A stretch of 64,000 nucleotides of DNA from an uncultured delta proteobacterium (GTDB lineage Bacteria > Desulfobacterota > Binatia > UBA9968). Positions 10,755-21,558 of this stretch are shown in pieces (positions within the stretch are counted from its first letter, which is position 1; every line of letters starts with the position of its first letter). The stretch covers positions 64,001 to 128,000 of the forward strand of contig CAWJZV010000034.1 of the NCBI GenBank assembly GCA_963847445.1, in the 5' to 3' direction. The notes under the pieces were generated by a model. The model did not search any database and had not been told where the DNA came from. It was given only the letters and a program-made list of their open reading frames with translations. A program made the position numbers and the translations under genes.

Positions 10755-11850
10755 ATGAAAAAACGCGTACTGGATTTTCTTTGTTGCCCTGACTGTCGGC
10801 GGGAAAAACTCGATCTCAGCGTCTTTGCGGGACCGGGAGAACGGCACGCAGGAAATTGTCGAGGGAGAGGTTCGCTGTCTTGGCTGTGGGAGCCGATTCC
10901 CTGTGGTCAATGGCATTCCCCGGATGCTGCCGGCGGCGCTGCGACGGTCGCTTGTCCCGTTTCACCGTGATTTCTTCGAGCGGCATCCCGACCTTATTCC
11001 GCAAAATGCCGCCACGGCACCCGATGAGCGGGTGGCGCGGACCCTGGATGGCTACAGCTATCAGCACGTGAAATTGGATGATCACGGCAAAGAATTCCCG
11101 CGCTGGAGACAAATTTTTTACGATTCTATTCCTGTGGAATGGAGAAAAAGAGATTTTTTCAAGGGCAAAGTGGGCGCCGACATCGGTTGTGGCGAGGGGC
11201 GATTTCTTTACTGTGCGCAAGAGTCTGGGGCAGAAATGGTGGGTCTCGACCTCAGCGAGGGGATCGAGGTAGCGAGAAGCAACACGATCAAATCTAAATC
11301 TTGCCACGTCGTCCAGGGCGATATTCATCACCTGCCGTTCAAGCCGGGTGTCTTTGACTTCGCTTTTAGCATTGGTGTACTGCACCACCTGCCCAACCCT
11401 CAGAATGGCTTCCGGCGCATCCTGCCGGCGGTCAAACAAGGCGGCAAAGTCTCCATCTGGGTGTATGGGCTGCAGGGGATGCGCTGGTGGTACCGGTTAT
11501 CTCATATGACGTGGCTGCGGGGTATTGCCCCTCGCCTTCCCAGGTGGGGACAATACCTGGTCAGCTTTTTAGTGGCGAGCGCTTTGGAACTTGGGATCTG
11601 GCTGCCTTGTCGTATACTGTCGCTTTTCCCTGGCGGGCATTCTTTGGTCAGCCGGGTTCCCTTCGGTGATGCTTGCCGAAGATCCTTCAGAGCAAAGATC
11701 AGAAGCGTCTTCGATCGGGTCCAACCGCCGGTGACCCATTATCCCACAGCAGAAGAGCTAGGTGGCTGGTTCAAGGAGGCGGGGCTGAGAAATGTCATGG
11801 TTCTCAGCAAAAACGGCGCAGGATGGATAGCCGCTGGGGAGAAGGCGTAG
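10755..11850 (+). CDS. Trm112-like zinc ribbon fused to class I SAM methyltransferase (frameshift at ~10828)
   Basis: LDFLCCPDC...CLGCGSRFPVVNGIPRML, then DIGCGEGRF and SIGVLHHLP. Confidence 0.82.
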
Positions 11851-11865
11851 GGCGCGGACTGCACT

Positions 11866-13079
11866 ATGAAAATCACCCACGTGATCAGCGGACTCACCGC
11901 GGGCGGCGCGCAGACGATGCTCTATAAGCTGCTCTCGCAGATGGACCAGGCGGCCTTTGCGTCTGAGGTCATTTCGCTAGCGGATGTCGGTCCCCTTGAT
12001 AAAAAGATTCGCGCCTTGGGGGTGCCGGTTCGGGTACTGGGAATGCGCGCGGGAGTACCGAATCCACTGCGGAGTGCACAGACTCGCCCGCTGGCTGCGA
12101 CGCGATCCACCCGATATGGTTCAAACCTGGATGTACCACGCCGACCTCATTGGCGGCCTCGCGGCCAAGTTAGCCGGCGGCATCCCGGTGGCGTGGAACA
12201 TTCGTAACAGTAATCTCGACGCCAAAGGCAAAAAGCGAAGTACCTTTTTGGACCGTTAGGACCTGTGCCAGGTTGTCCGGCTGGCTACCAACCCGGATTG
12301 TCTGTTGCGCGGAACTCGCTCGCCGAGTGCATACCGAATTCGGCTACATAGGGGAGAAAATTGTCGTCATTCCCAACGGTTTTGACCTGACGGACTTCAG
12401 ACCGGACCCTGCGGCGCGGCTGTCCGTGCGCCAGGAGCTGGGCATCCCGCAGGAGGCATTAATCATTGGACTCGTGGGTCGCTTTCACCCACAAAAGGAT
12501 CACCGAAACTTCATTGATGCCGCTGCCCGGCTCCACAGCGAATATCCGAAGATCCACTTCTTACTCTGCGGCGACGATGTGACGCCTGAAAACACGGAGC
12601 TCGGCCAATGGATTGCAGCGCGCGGCATCGGCGAGCGCTGTCATCTTTTAGGGCCACGAGATGATATTCCGAGAATCACCGCCGCGCTCGACATCGCGTG
12701 CTCTTCTTCTTACACGGAAGGGTTTTCCAATGTCATCGGCGAAGCAATGGCCTGTGGTGTGCCTTGTGCCGTGACGGATGTCGGGGATTCGGCGTTGATC
12801 GTGGGCGACACGGGCAGGGTTGTACCACCCAGAAATCCGCGAGCTTTGGCCGATGCGTGGTGCGAATTAATCAAGATGTGTCCGGAAAAAAGATCTCTAC
12901 TAGGCGCAGCAGCACGCCGCCGCATTGGAGAGCGGTTCAGCTTACAGGCAATTGCTCAGCGCTATGAGGAATTATACGAAGCGATTGCGGCCGATGCGCC
13001 CAAGGTCATTAGCCACAACCTGTCACCGAATAAAGCCGGGCGGAACGGGTGCATCGATGAAAGCAATAATGGCCGCTAA
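11866..13079 (+). CDS. Glycosyltransferase family 4 (two frameshifts, ~12070 and ~12250)
   Basis: [38 protein letters not shown] spread over three frames. Confidence 0.88.
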
Positions 13080-13851
13080 ATACCTAATTCGTTTTGATGA
13101 CATCTGTCCCACGATGAACTGGGATATATGGAAAGAAATTGAGCAAATCCTGATTCATCAGAAGGTAGATCCAATCTTGGCCGTTGTGCCGGATAACAAG
13201 GACAAAAATCTGATGGTCGGGGAAGCTGAGTTGAGATTTTGGGATGTGGTCCGCTCATGGCAGGCTCGCGGGTGGGCAATCGGCATTCATGGCTATCAAC
13301 ATACCTACGTGACCGATCGAGCGGGACTTGTCGGCCTCAACAACCGAAGCGAGTTTGCCGGTCTTGGCGAGCATGAGCAGGAATCCAAGCTGATCAAAGC
13401 ACTGAACCTATTCCAACGGGAAGAGATCATTCCCGCGGTTTGGATCGCGCCTGGACATTCTTTCGATGCCATAACGCTTCGCGTTCTGAAAAAACTGAAA
13501 ATAGAGGTGGTCAGCGATGGGTTTTATCTTTCGCCGAACACCGATTCTCTTGGGATCATCCATATACCGCAACAGCTTTGGAGACTTAGGCCCATGTCCT
13601 TTGGACTCTGGACTGTTTGTTACCATCACAACAACTGGACCAGCAGCGATGTCGAACGATTCCGATCGGATATTGAACACTATAAGCACCAAATCACGGG
13701 ATTGCGTCGTGTTCTCACATTATATCGCACCCGCAAGCGCAACCTTTCTGATGCGCTGTTCTCGCGCGGCTGCCTGTTGGCTCTCCAGGCCCGAAGTTCT
13801 GTACGAAAACTGCTCGCTTCCAATCAACAGTCGGTTACCCTCGCGAGCTAG
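13057..13851 (+). CDS. Polysaccharide deacetylase-like protein (DUF2334)
   Basis: YLIRFDDICP, IHGYQH, SEFAGL, IAPGHSFD. Confidence 0.82.
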   Translation: MKAIMAAKYLIRFDDICPTMNWDIWKEIEQILIHQKVDPILAVVPDNKDKNLMVGEAELRFWDVVRSWQARGWAIGIHGYQHTYVTDRAGLVGLNNRSEFAGLGEHEQESKLIKALNLFQREEIIPAVWIAPGHSFDAITLRVLKKLKIEVVSDGFYLSPNTDSLGIIHIPQQLWRLRPMSFGLWTVCYHHNNWTSSDVERFRSDIEHYKHQITGLRRVLTLYRTRKRNLSDALFSRGCLLALQARSSVRKLLASNQQSVTLAS

Positions 13852-13919
13852 TTCTCAGAGGTAAGCGGGATTCAGGCCTTTGAATCTCTGCAAAAATAAA
13901 TTGATCGAGATTTGACTTT

Positions 13920-14771
13920 ATGAGCTTGCCAAATTTTTTGGGTATTGGGGCTATGCGATCAGGCACTTCCTGGCTTTATGTGCAGTTACGAAGCCATAAG
14001 GATGTCTACATGTCGGAGCAAAAGGAACTCAACTTCTTCAATGATTTCTATAGCAACGGCATAGAGTGGTACCGTGGACATTTTCCGTCAGAAAAAGAAG
14101 CCACGAACTACAAAGCAGTCGGAGAAATCACCCCGACGTATATAACGGATCCGGATGCTCCATCGAGAATCCATTCTCACATACCCGATTGTCGGTTTAT
14201 CGCGATTCTTAGAAATCCGGTCCATCGGGCGTACTCCGAATACACCAAGAGGCTCCGGGATTTCAATTTTAACGGAACGTTCGATGAGTTCGTCGAGCGG
14301 TTCCACGAAGTGCTTGCTCGAGGCTACTACACGAAGCAACTTGAAAACTATTTTCAACTCTTTTCGCGGGATAGATTTCTCATCCTCATTTTTGAGGAAA
14401 CAGTCGGCAATCATCAAGCGACGACGCAAAAATTATCAACGTTTTTGCAGATCGATCCGAATGGGTTTGATCTGCGCCGAATGCAGCAAAAAGTTAATCC
14501 CTCTTATCTTCCTAGAATGCCGAGCCTCTACTCATCAGCGGTAAAGATGCGGCAATCTCTGGTGAAGAAAAACCTGGGACGAGTTCTTACGGCTGCCGAA
14601 AAGCTCGGAGTGATTCATGCTGCGCGACAGATCGTTCGATTTCGCGGACCCAGATCTGAGCTCCCCAAGATGGATGAAAAAACTCGAAAGCGACTGAACG
14701 GCGTCTATTTGCAAGAAATTCACACTCTCGAAGAACTCCTAGAACACGACTTATCAACGTGGAAAAACTAG
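13920..14771 (+). CDS. Sulfotransferase
   Basis: LPNFLGIGAMRSGTSWL, KELNFF, GEITPTY, LRNPVHRAYS. Confidence 0.92.
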   Translation: MSLPNFLGIGAMRSGTSWLYVQLRSHKDVYMSEQKELNFFNDFYSNGIEWYRGHFPSEKEATNYKAVGEITPTYITDPDAPSRIHSHIPDCRFIAILRNPVHRAYSEYTKRLRDFNFNGTFDEFVERFHEVLARGYYTKQLENYFQLFSRDRFLILIFEETVGNHQATTQKLSTFLQIDPNGFDLRRMQQKVNPSYLPRMPSLYSSAVKMRQSLVKKNLGRVLTAAEKLGVIHAARQIVRFRGPRSELPKMDEKTRKRLNGVYLQEIHTLEELLEHDLSTWKN

Positions 14772-14993
14772 CGCCGAGCTTGCTCTCATGAGGTAACCGT
14801 TCCTGCCCACTCGGATTGTCCGCTTCTCTGAATACTTCCGATAAGTTCGGTCTAAAGGAAGGTTATGGCAAGGGTCAGACAGTAGGCGCATGCAACGTTT
14901 ACCGATTGGTCCGCGGCCCTTGGTGAAAACTTCGCGGCTAGTGGTCAGCGGATTTTGTCAACATGCATTACAATCTGTCAAAGGAGAATGGTT

Positions 14994-15401
14994 ATGAAAA
15001 CAACGATACACGCAGTGATGTTCGCCGCGAGCCTGGTCTTCGGGATAGCATCCGCTGACGCGGGCTCGCGAACGATTGAAGGCACACTTGTGCAGGAGCC
15101 CAAGGCAAGCGACAAGTTTGCTTTGAGAAGCAGCCAGACTGGAGATATCTGCGTCCAAATCTGCAATGCCGGTCCGATTTTCGACACCTCCTTCGGCGTC
15201 ACGATCAAAAGCAAAACCGGCGCTAAGGCCTCGGTATTCGCCCCTGTAGGAGGCTGCGCGACCGCTTGTGTGTCGAACTCCCAGAGAGCCACTGTCTTCA
15301 TTTTCTGTGACGAGAGCGTGTCCGACTGTGATGACGTCTACTCCGCCGAGTTCACCTGCCCAGGCGAGCTCGTCAAACTGACTCAGGAAGGGAACGAATA
15401 G
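14994..15401 (+). CDS. Small secreted Cys-rich hypothetical protein
   Basis: AAGGAG SD at 14981; signal peptide MKTTIHAVMFAASLVFGIASADA; 7 Cys in the mature part. Confidence 0.75.
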   Translation: MKTTIHAVMFAASLVFGIASADAGSRTIEGTLVQEPKASDKFALRSSQTGDICVQICNAGPIFDTSFGVTIKSKTGAKASVFAPVGGCATACVSNSQRATVFIFCDESVSDCDDVYSAEFTCPGELVKLTQEGNE

Positions 15402-15551
15402 ACCGCAGGCATTAACCCAGCGCGTTCAGGTGGCGAGACGGGATTAGGATTTCTGCGCCGCAGCCGTTCCGATCGCTCATATCCCTCTAACGATGTGGCA
15501 ACGCTCTCTGCGCGGCTCCCGCGCCACTGAGTGGTTAAAAAGTTTTCGTCA

Positions 15552-15576
15552 GCCGGCTAAATACTATTTGGCCGGC
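15552..15576. promoter_or_regulatory. Near-perfect 25-bp palindrome upstream of the sugar-transferase fusion gene
   Basis: GCCGGCTAAATA-C-TATTTGGCCGGC, one mismatch. Confidence 0.35.
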
Positions 15577-15808
15577 ATTCTTAAATGTTGCTCCGAGCAG
15601 CGAGGAGAACGCACAGCCACTGCCAAGCGCGCGATTCGTTGGGATAGTTTTGCTCTCCTTTGCCCGTTCTACGAGGCTTGCTCCTCGTCGACGCGCTCTC
15701 GTGTGTTTTCCTCGGCACTGAATCAGCAGGCTTCGGCCCGCTGTGCAGTTCTGTCTTTCGAGTATTTCCACTGACTTCACCATTTCTATTTCTTATAGGG
15801 GCGATCGT

Positions 15809-17749
15809 ATGAAACAGCGCAGTTTTTCAACGGCTGACACGGTGGTTAGCGAGGGAGTTTATCCAAGCGGCGTCGGATCTCGTCATGGTAAAATCTATGA
15901 GTCTGAATGGCTCATTTGGGCAGTCCAAGCGTGTATCGGCGTTCTGGGGCTAATTGTTTTCAGCCCGCTTCTGCTTCTGATTGCTTTTACAATCAAGCTT
16001 ACTGATGGCGGGGCTATATTTTACCGCGGCGAACGGGTCGGCCAGGGAAAGCGTATCTTCAAGATCTACAAATTCCGGACGCTCGTCGAGGGTGCGGAAA
16101 AAAAGATCGGCGCCCGGCTATTGCGCACCGAAGACCAGGGCATCTATTACACCAGAATCGGGAGATTTCTAAAGCGAAGCAAGCTTGATGAATTACCCCA
16201 GCTCCTGAACGTTATTCGAGGTGAGATGCGGCTTACCGGTCCTCGACCGGTGCGTCCAATTTTCCTCGATCAGTTCGAGCGCAGCATCGCAAATTACCCT
16301 GATCGTTTCTTGGTGCCCCCGGGTATCACAGGGATTGCCCAACTTCGCGGCGGGTACTACACTTCACCACGGAACAAACTTCGTTACGATCTCATCTACA
16401 TCAAGCGGCGGTCCCTGCTTCTCGATTTTGCAGTCGTCTTTTTCACATTCGCTAAAATACTCAATCGATGGTTCAACAGAGGGTTTTTCGTTCTTTTCCT
16501 ATTTCTCTTTGTGTCCTTTCTTCCGGCGGGCCTGCAACCTTCTTTATACGTAACGTTCTTCGGCACCAGGGTCAGTCTCCTTTACCTATTCATTATCGTT
16601 GTGGCGGCCGGGCTTTTCTTTAAGAAGGGGCCGACTCAGGTTTGCCTGCATCGTGGCCCGCTGAACTTTCCGCTGGTTTTGTTTTTCGCCCTCAGCGCCG
16701 TCTCGGCGCTTTTCGCCGAGGATTTGCATCAGGCCCTTTTGCGGGCCGGTTACTATATCGTCACAGGGTTCATGGTTGCCTTTCTGATTGTGAACAGCCT
16801 CGCCACCAAGGGGTTTATTATTTTGACGGCCCGGGTCATCGCGCTGACCTCGGTGGTGATGTCGGTGTTTGGGCTTTTCCAGATCTTTCTCTTCAATTAT
16901 ACCGTCGCCATGGCCGCGCCTTTTTCCGGCGAACAACTGGCCGGTTATATCCGGGCCTCGTCCTTTCTTGGCAATCCGGTGGTTCTGGCGGTATACCTCG
17001 TTTTGGGACTGCCTCTCTTGCTGTCGGAGGTGACCCGCGCTTCGCGGCAGAGGGAGCGGGACTTCTGGCTCGTCTGCGCCACCCTTTCTTTTGTCGGCAT
17101 CTTTTTCACTCAGACACGGATCGGACTCTTAGCTCTCCTCGTGACCGGAACCGCCTTTCTATCGCGACGCCGGAGCCACGCGATTTTCTTTGTCACGATC
17201 TGTTTAGTCTGGTTGCTGTCTCTGATCGCGCTTGGCGGCGCTCGCTTCTCAGCCGCTGGGATACGGGGCGAGGTGACCGCTTGGGTGGCAAAACAATTGT
17301 ACATTCTCCGGGAGATCCCGGTTAAGACCTGGGTCATCGGCGGCGGAGTGGTCACACCCTACCCGCTCGTCACGGAACCCATAGCGGAGACCGCTCAGTC
17401 CCCTGAAGAAGAGGAGGCCCGCGAGATTCCGAACATGCATGTCACATTAGCTCTCGAGCATGGAATAGTCGGGTGGTGTGTTATCGTCTGGCTCATCCTG
17501 ACTGCTGTGCGGACTATGACTCAGGCTCATCGAAGTACAAGAGACCACGAGCTCAAGTCTATTTTATGGGCGATCGTATCGTCTCTGGTCGGTTTTCTGG
17601 TTTCCATGAATGCCATGAACGTTTTTCACAATCTCCCGCTGCAGATCTTTTTCTGGAGTTTGATCGGTATTGGGCTCGGCACCGTGGTGCATCTTAATGG
17701 ATACCGGCGCTCCAATCTGATCTGGCGGTTCGGCGATGCCGGTGATTGA
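15809..17749 (+). CDS. Priming phosphoglycosyltransferase (Bac_transf) fused to O-antigen ligase/polymerase-like (Wzy_C) membrane domain
   Basis: IYKFRTL, SKLDELPQLLNVIRGEMRLTGPRP, PPGITGIAQ; then multiple TM helices with RASSFLGNP, TQTRIG, NMHVTLALEHGIVG. Confidence 0.85.
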   Translation: MKQRSFSTADTVVSEGVYPSGVGSRHGKIYESEWLIWAVQACIGVLGLIVFSPLLLLIAFTIKLTDGGAIFYRGERVGQGKRIFKIYKFRTLVEGAEKKIGARLLRTEDQGIYYTRIGRFLKRSKLDELPQLLNVIRGEMRLTGPRPVRPIFLDQFERSIANYPDRFLVPPGITGIAQLRGGYYTSPRNKLRYDLIYIKRRSLLLDFAVVFFTFAKILNRWFNRGFFVLFLFLFVSFLPAGLQPSLYVTFFGTRVSLLYLFIIVVAAGLFFKKGPTQVCLHRGPLNFPLVLFFALSAVSALFAEDLHQALLRAGYYIVTGFMVAFLIVNSLATKGFIILTARVIALTSVVMSVFGLFQIFLFNYTVAMAAPFSGEQLAGYIRASSFLGNPVVLAVYLVLGLPLLLSEVTRASRQRERDFWLVCATLSFVGIFFTQTRIGLLALLVTGTAFLSRRRSHAIFFVTICLVWLLSLIALGGARFSAAGIRGEVTAWVAKQLYILREIPVKTWVIGGGVVTPYPLVTEPIAETAQSPEEEEAREIPNMHVTLALEHGIVGWCVIVWLILTAVRTMTQAHRSTRDHELKSILWAIVSSLVGFLVSMNAMNVFHNLPLQIFFWSLIGIGLGTVVHLNGYRRSNLIWRFGDAGD

Positions 17750-17958
17750 TGCAATGGAGTAGATTCCACCTTCCTGGAATGTTTCTCGTCGCGACCTGCG
17801 TTCCGTCGCTTCACTCGATAGAGGCGGGCAAGCGGATACCGCGGGCGGATGGGCCGGTATACGACGAGAAAACAGTGGTATAAGAGCTCCAGCGCAGAAG
17901 AACCGTATAGGAAAATTAGCAAGGTCTAGGAAAAGAATTCACAAGGAGAAGAGTTTTC

Positions 17959-18937
17959 ATGAATATCCTTAAACGCATACTACCACAGCGCCGGTCCGAG
18001 ACCGCGGTCCAGGCCGTTCAATCTGCTCCTCAATCCACAAGCGCCGTCCAGAAGGATCAGGTCGAGGCAGCACGACCCTCACCGCAGGCGTCAAACAATT
18101 ACATCATGGTGGTTCTGGATAGCTGTCGCTACGATAGCTTCATGGCCGCGGCGCCTTCCACCTTGAGCCGGCTCGGTGCAATCGAGCGACGTTGGAGCTA
18201 TGCGTCGTGGACCGCTCCATCGCATTTTAATCTGCTGATGGGGTTGCTCCCACACTCGAGCCCGCCTCATGTCTATGCCTCGGAGTATTACAAACACGAC
18301 TTCCTCAAGTATCGAGAACGGTTGGGCGCCGAGCAGGTCGAGTTTAAGAGCCTGGTGCCGCACCTCTTTTTGCCCACGTTTCTTAAACAAAAGTTGGGCT
18401 ATCAAACGCACGCGCTGGTGTCGTTGCCGGTGCTCAATCCCGCGACCCTTATTAACAAGGACTTTGATAGTTTTACGCTAATGCCCAAGCACAACGACAT
18501 GGCGGCGATGATCGATCGCATGACGTTCTCCCCCGACCGGCCGTCTTTTTATATTTTGAACGTGGGCGAGACTCACTACCCTTATGCGTTGCCGGATGAG
18601 CCCGAGGACTGCTGGCCGAAAATTCATGGAGTGCACGGCGTTTTTAAACACTTGGACGACCTGGTAGTGGGCGGAAAGCTGATCGAGGACGAAGGAGCAC
18701 AGGACAAGTTCTTCGACCAGGAGAAACTGGATGACCTGCGTGCCCGGCAGATTGGCACAGTGCGCTATCTGGACGGGATCTTTGCCCGCCTTTTTGACAT
18801 CGGTGCCGCCCAACACCTATATCACGGTGACCGCCGATCATGGCGAGTTGTTCGGCGAGCAAGGGTATTTTGGCCACGGTCCCATTTATCATGAAAAGGC
18901 CTACGAGGTGCCGTTCGTCGAGGGCAAGATCCGCTAG
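17959..18937 (+). CDS. Alkaline phosphatase/sulfatase-superfamily protein (frameshift at ~18800)
   Basis: VVLDSCRYD, SWTAPSH, ETHYPY, TADHGELFGE..GHG; AAGGAG SD. Confidence 0.8.
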
Positions 18938-19036
18938 ACTTTGTTCTGGTGCGAACCAGGATTCGCAGTTCATCAAACCTGACGCTATCCACAATAACTA
19001 TCGTGCAAATCAATGAAACATCCGAAGGAGGATTCT

Positions 19037-20060
19037 ATGAAAAATATCCATTTACCCATTAACGCCTTTGTCGGTTTCGCTATCTTCTGGGCGCTCACTG
19101 GTGCCGCCTGGTCAGCCGATTGCGGAGGTGCTGGAACCGCGAAGGTTCCCTGTTTGTGCGGAGATACGTTGGTGGCGAGCACTACGTTAGACCCCGTCGT
19201 GGACGCTGTAGTTTCGACAAATGACAATGATATCTGCCCTGGCGACGGGCTCATTATTAATACCGCCAACGTCAACCTGAACCTTGGCGGTCAAATAATC
19301 CGGGGTTCGGGCCTTGTTGGTGTCGGTGTGGGTATTAAAATTGACGGCATTGACGTTGACAAGGTCCAAGTCAGGAACGGTGGAATTAAAGCCTTCGAGA
19401 CAGGAATCGCTACCACCCCCGGCAGCAGTACCAATAGGTCCACGATTCGCAAGGTCGCGGTCAGCGACAACTTACTTTTGGGGATAAGCCTGGTGGGCGA
19501 TACCAACACGCTGGATACCGTCGACTCACTGACAAACGGCGACACCGGGGTAATGGTGCAGGGCAATGGCACCACGTTGCTTATCGTCCGATCGAGCCAG
19601 AACGGCAACCACGGAATAGAGGTGATTGGCGATGGCACGGTGCTCCGCTCAGGTCAAGTCAATAGAAATGTCGGAAACGGGATGCAACTGACCGGCAATG
19701 GCAGCCTCTTGGATCACAATCTGGCAACGCGAAATTTCGATGGGATAGTGGTAGTCGGAGACGGTGACGGAAACTCGGCCACCCTTGAGTTATGGAAGAA
19801 CAAAGCTGCGGAAAATGACGGCCACGGGATAATCGTGACCGGTCGATAATCACGTCATCCAGGAAAACCAGGCGACTCTGAATGGCGAGGATGGCATTGC
19901 GGTTACCGGCACGGGAAACCGTCTAATCACAAACAAGGCTATCGACAACGGCGATGATGGGCTCATCGTCACGGGTGGGGGTAATATCAACGGTGGTGGA
20001 AATTCCGGAAAGAAAAACGACGGTGCGGTCCAATGTCAGATCGACGGGTTAAATTGTTAG
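19037..20060 (+). CDS. Secreted right-handed parallel beta-helix protein (frameshift at ~19845)
   Basis: AAGGAGG SD, signal peptide, C..CGDT N-cap, repeated N-x-x-x-G-I-x-V-x-G coils continuing in a second frame to TAG 20060. Confidence 0.8.
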
Positions 20061-20193
20061 CTGATCGAGAAAAATTAGCTTGGTTCTCCGCCCCGATAAA
20101 GAACCCGACCCGAAAACTGATCTTTGTCAATTCAATGCGTAGCTCGTTAGATAATCTTCTCGGGTTGTTTATTCCACTCATAGAGGTCCGTTA

Positions 20194-21558
20194 ATGTCCA
20201 GCAATGAGATGGGTTCACTGGTGCTGGCGCTCGGTATACTGATCGCTTTCACCCACGTGCTGGGATACCTATTCGAGCGCCTGCGCCAGCCTCGTCTGGT
20301 AGGCGAGATTCTCGCGGGCATCCTGCTGGGTCCATTCGTGCTTGGGCATGTTGCGCCATCTCTTTCGACGAAGATTTTCGGCGACCTTGCACTCGGCACC
20401 GGTAAAACCGAAGTTGTTTTGAATTTCATTTACTGGATCGGTTTGTTCTTGTTGATGTTCATCTCCGGCAGCGAGACCCGCCGCTTGATGGCAAGGGAGA
20501 ATCAGCGTGAAACGGCATGGCTCCTAGGGATTGGCAAGGCAGTGCCTCTCCTATTAGTTTTAGGTTTAGGGTTTGCTTCGTTTCTTCCGCTGGATCGGAT
20601 CACCGGAGATTCGGGTCACGCCACACCCGCGCTGCTGGTGCTGGCTATCGCGGTGGTGGTGACCTCGATCCCGGTTATCTCTCGGATCTTCTACGACTTG
20701 AAGATTCTCCATACGCGTTTTGCCAGTCTTATCCTTGGTTTTGCGGTTGTCGAAGATATTGTTCTTTGGGGCATGCTGGCGATCGCGACCAACGGTCCCA
20801 AGGGCGCGTCGCTAGCGAACGGGTATGTGATTAACGATATCGCTGCAGAAATTGTTGCGACTCTAATATACCTGACCGTCGGTCTCGTAGTAGCTCCACG
20901 GGCGCTCAAGTTTGTGAATAGTGCGCGTTGGAATATATTGGTGCGAGCATCTTCTGTAGGCTATTTGTTTGTCATCCTGTTTTTCTACGCTGCCTTGGCT
21001 TCCCTGTTTGGAGTCAACCTAGTATTTGCTTCTTTTTTAGCTGGGTTTGCTATCGTCAACGGCGCTAGTGGCGCTGAAAGGGCGCGCTTCTCTGAATCGC
21101 TTGATTCTATCGGAAAAGTCGCGTTCGCCGTATTTATTCCAATCTACTTTGCGATCGTCGGGTACAAATTGGTGTTAGGCAGAGGCTTTTCGCTTGCGAT
21201 GGTTGTGGTCTTTTTGATCGGTTCGTCTTTGATATCCATGCTCTCAACTAGCTTTGCCGCCAAACTGGCCGGATTTCGTAAGCTAGACATCATGAATCTA
21301 GCTATCACCACCAATGCTCGCGGCGGCCCTGGCATTATCCTAGCGAGCGTGGCCTTCGATGCGGGCATCATCAACGCGCAATTTTATACAACGCTGGTTT
21401 TGACGGCTGTGGTGACGTCGCAGGCAGCGGGAGCATGGCTGCGCTTCGTGTTAGGCAGAGGATGGCCGCTGCTGTCGACCAACCCAACGGAAATCTGGTC
21501 CGGCGCGGACATCGACCGACAGGTGGAATTGGAACCGGCACGTAAGACTACAGCGTAA
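20194..21558 (+). CDS. Cation:proton antiporter (CPA2 / Na+/H+ exchanger family)
   Basis: RLRQPRLVGEILAGILLGP, TSIPV, AVVED, NARG; many TM helices. Confidence 0.88.
   Translation: MSSNEMGSLVLALGILIAFTHVLGYLFERLRQPRLVGEILAGILLGPFVLGHVAPSLSTKIFGDLALGTGKTEVVLNFIYWIGLFLLMFISGSETRRLMARENQRETAWLLGIGKAVPLLLVLGLGFASFLPLDRITGDSGHATPALLVLAIAVVVTSIPVISRIFYDLKILHTRFASLILGFAVVEDIVLWGMLAIATNGPKGASLANGYVINDIAAEIVATLIYLTVGLVVAPRALKFVNSARWNILVRASSVGYLFVILFFYAALASLFGVNLVFASFLAGFAIVNGASGAERARFSESLDSIGKVAFAVFIPIYFAIVGYKLVLGRGFSLAMVVVFLIGSSLISMLSTSFAAKLAGFRKLDIMNLAITTNARGGPGIILASVAFDAGIINAQFYTTLVLTAVVTSQAAGAWLRFVLGRGWPLLSTNPTEIWSGADIDRQVELEPARKTTA

Noticed and set aside
20061-20193. Known Na+/Li+ riboswitch upstream of the antiporter
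   Set aside because: I cannot match any consensus by eye; retained only as an unexplained inverted repeat
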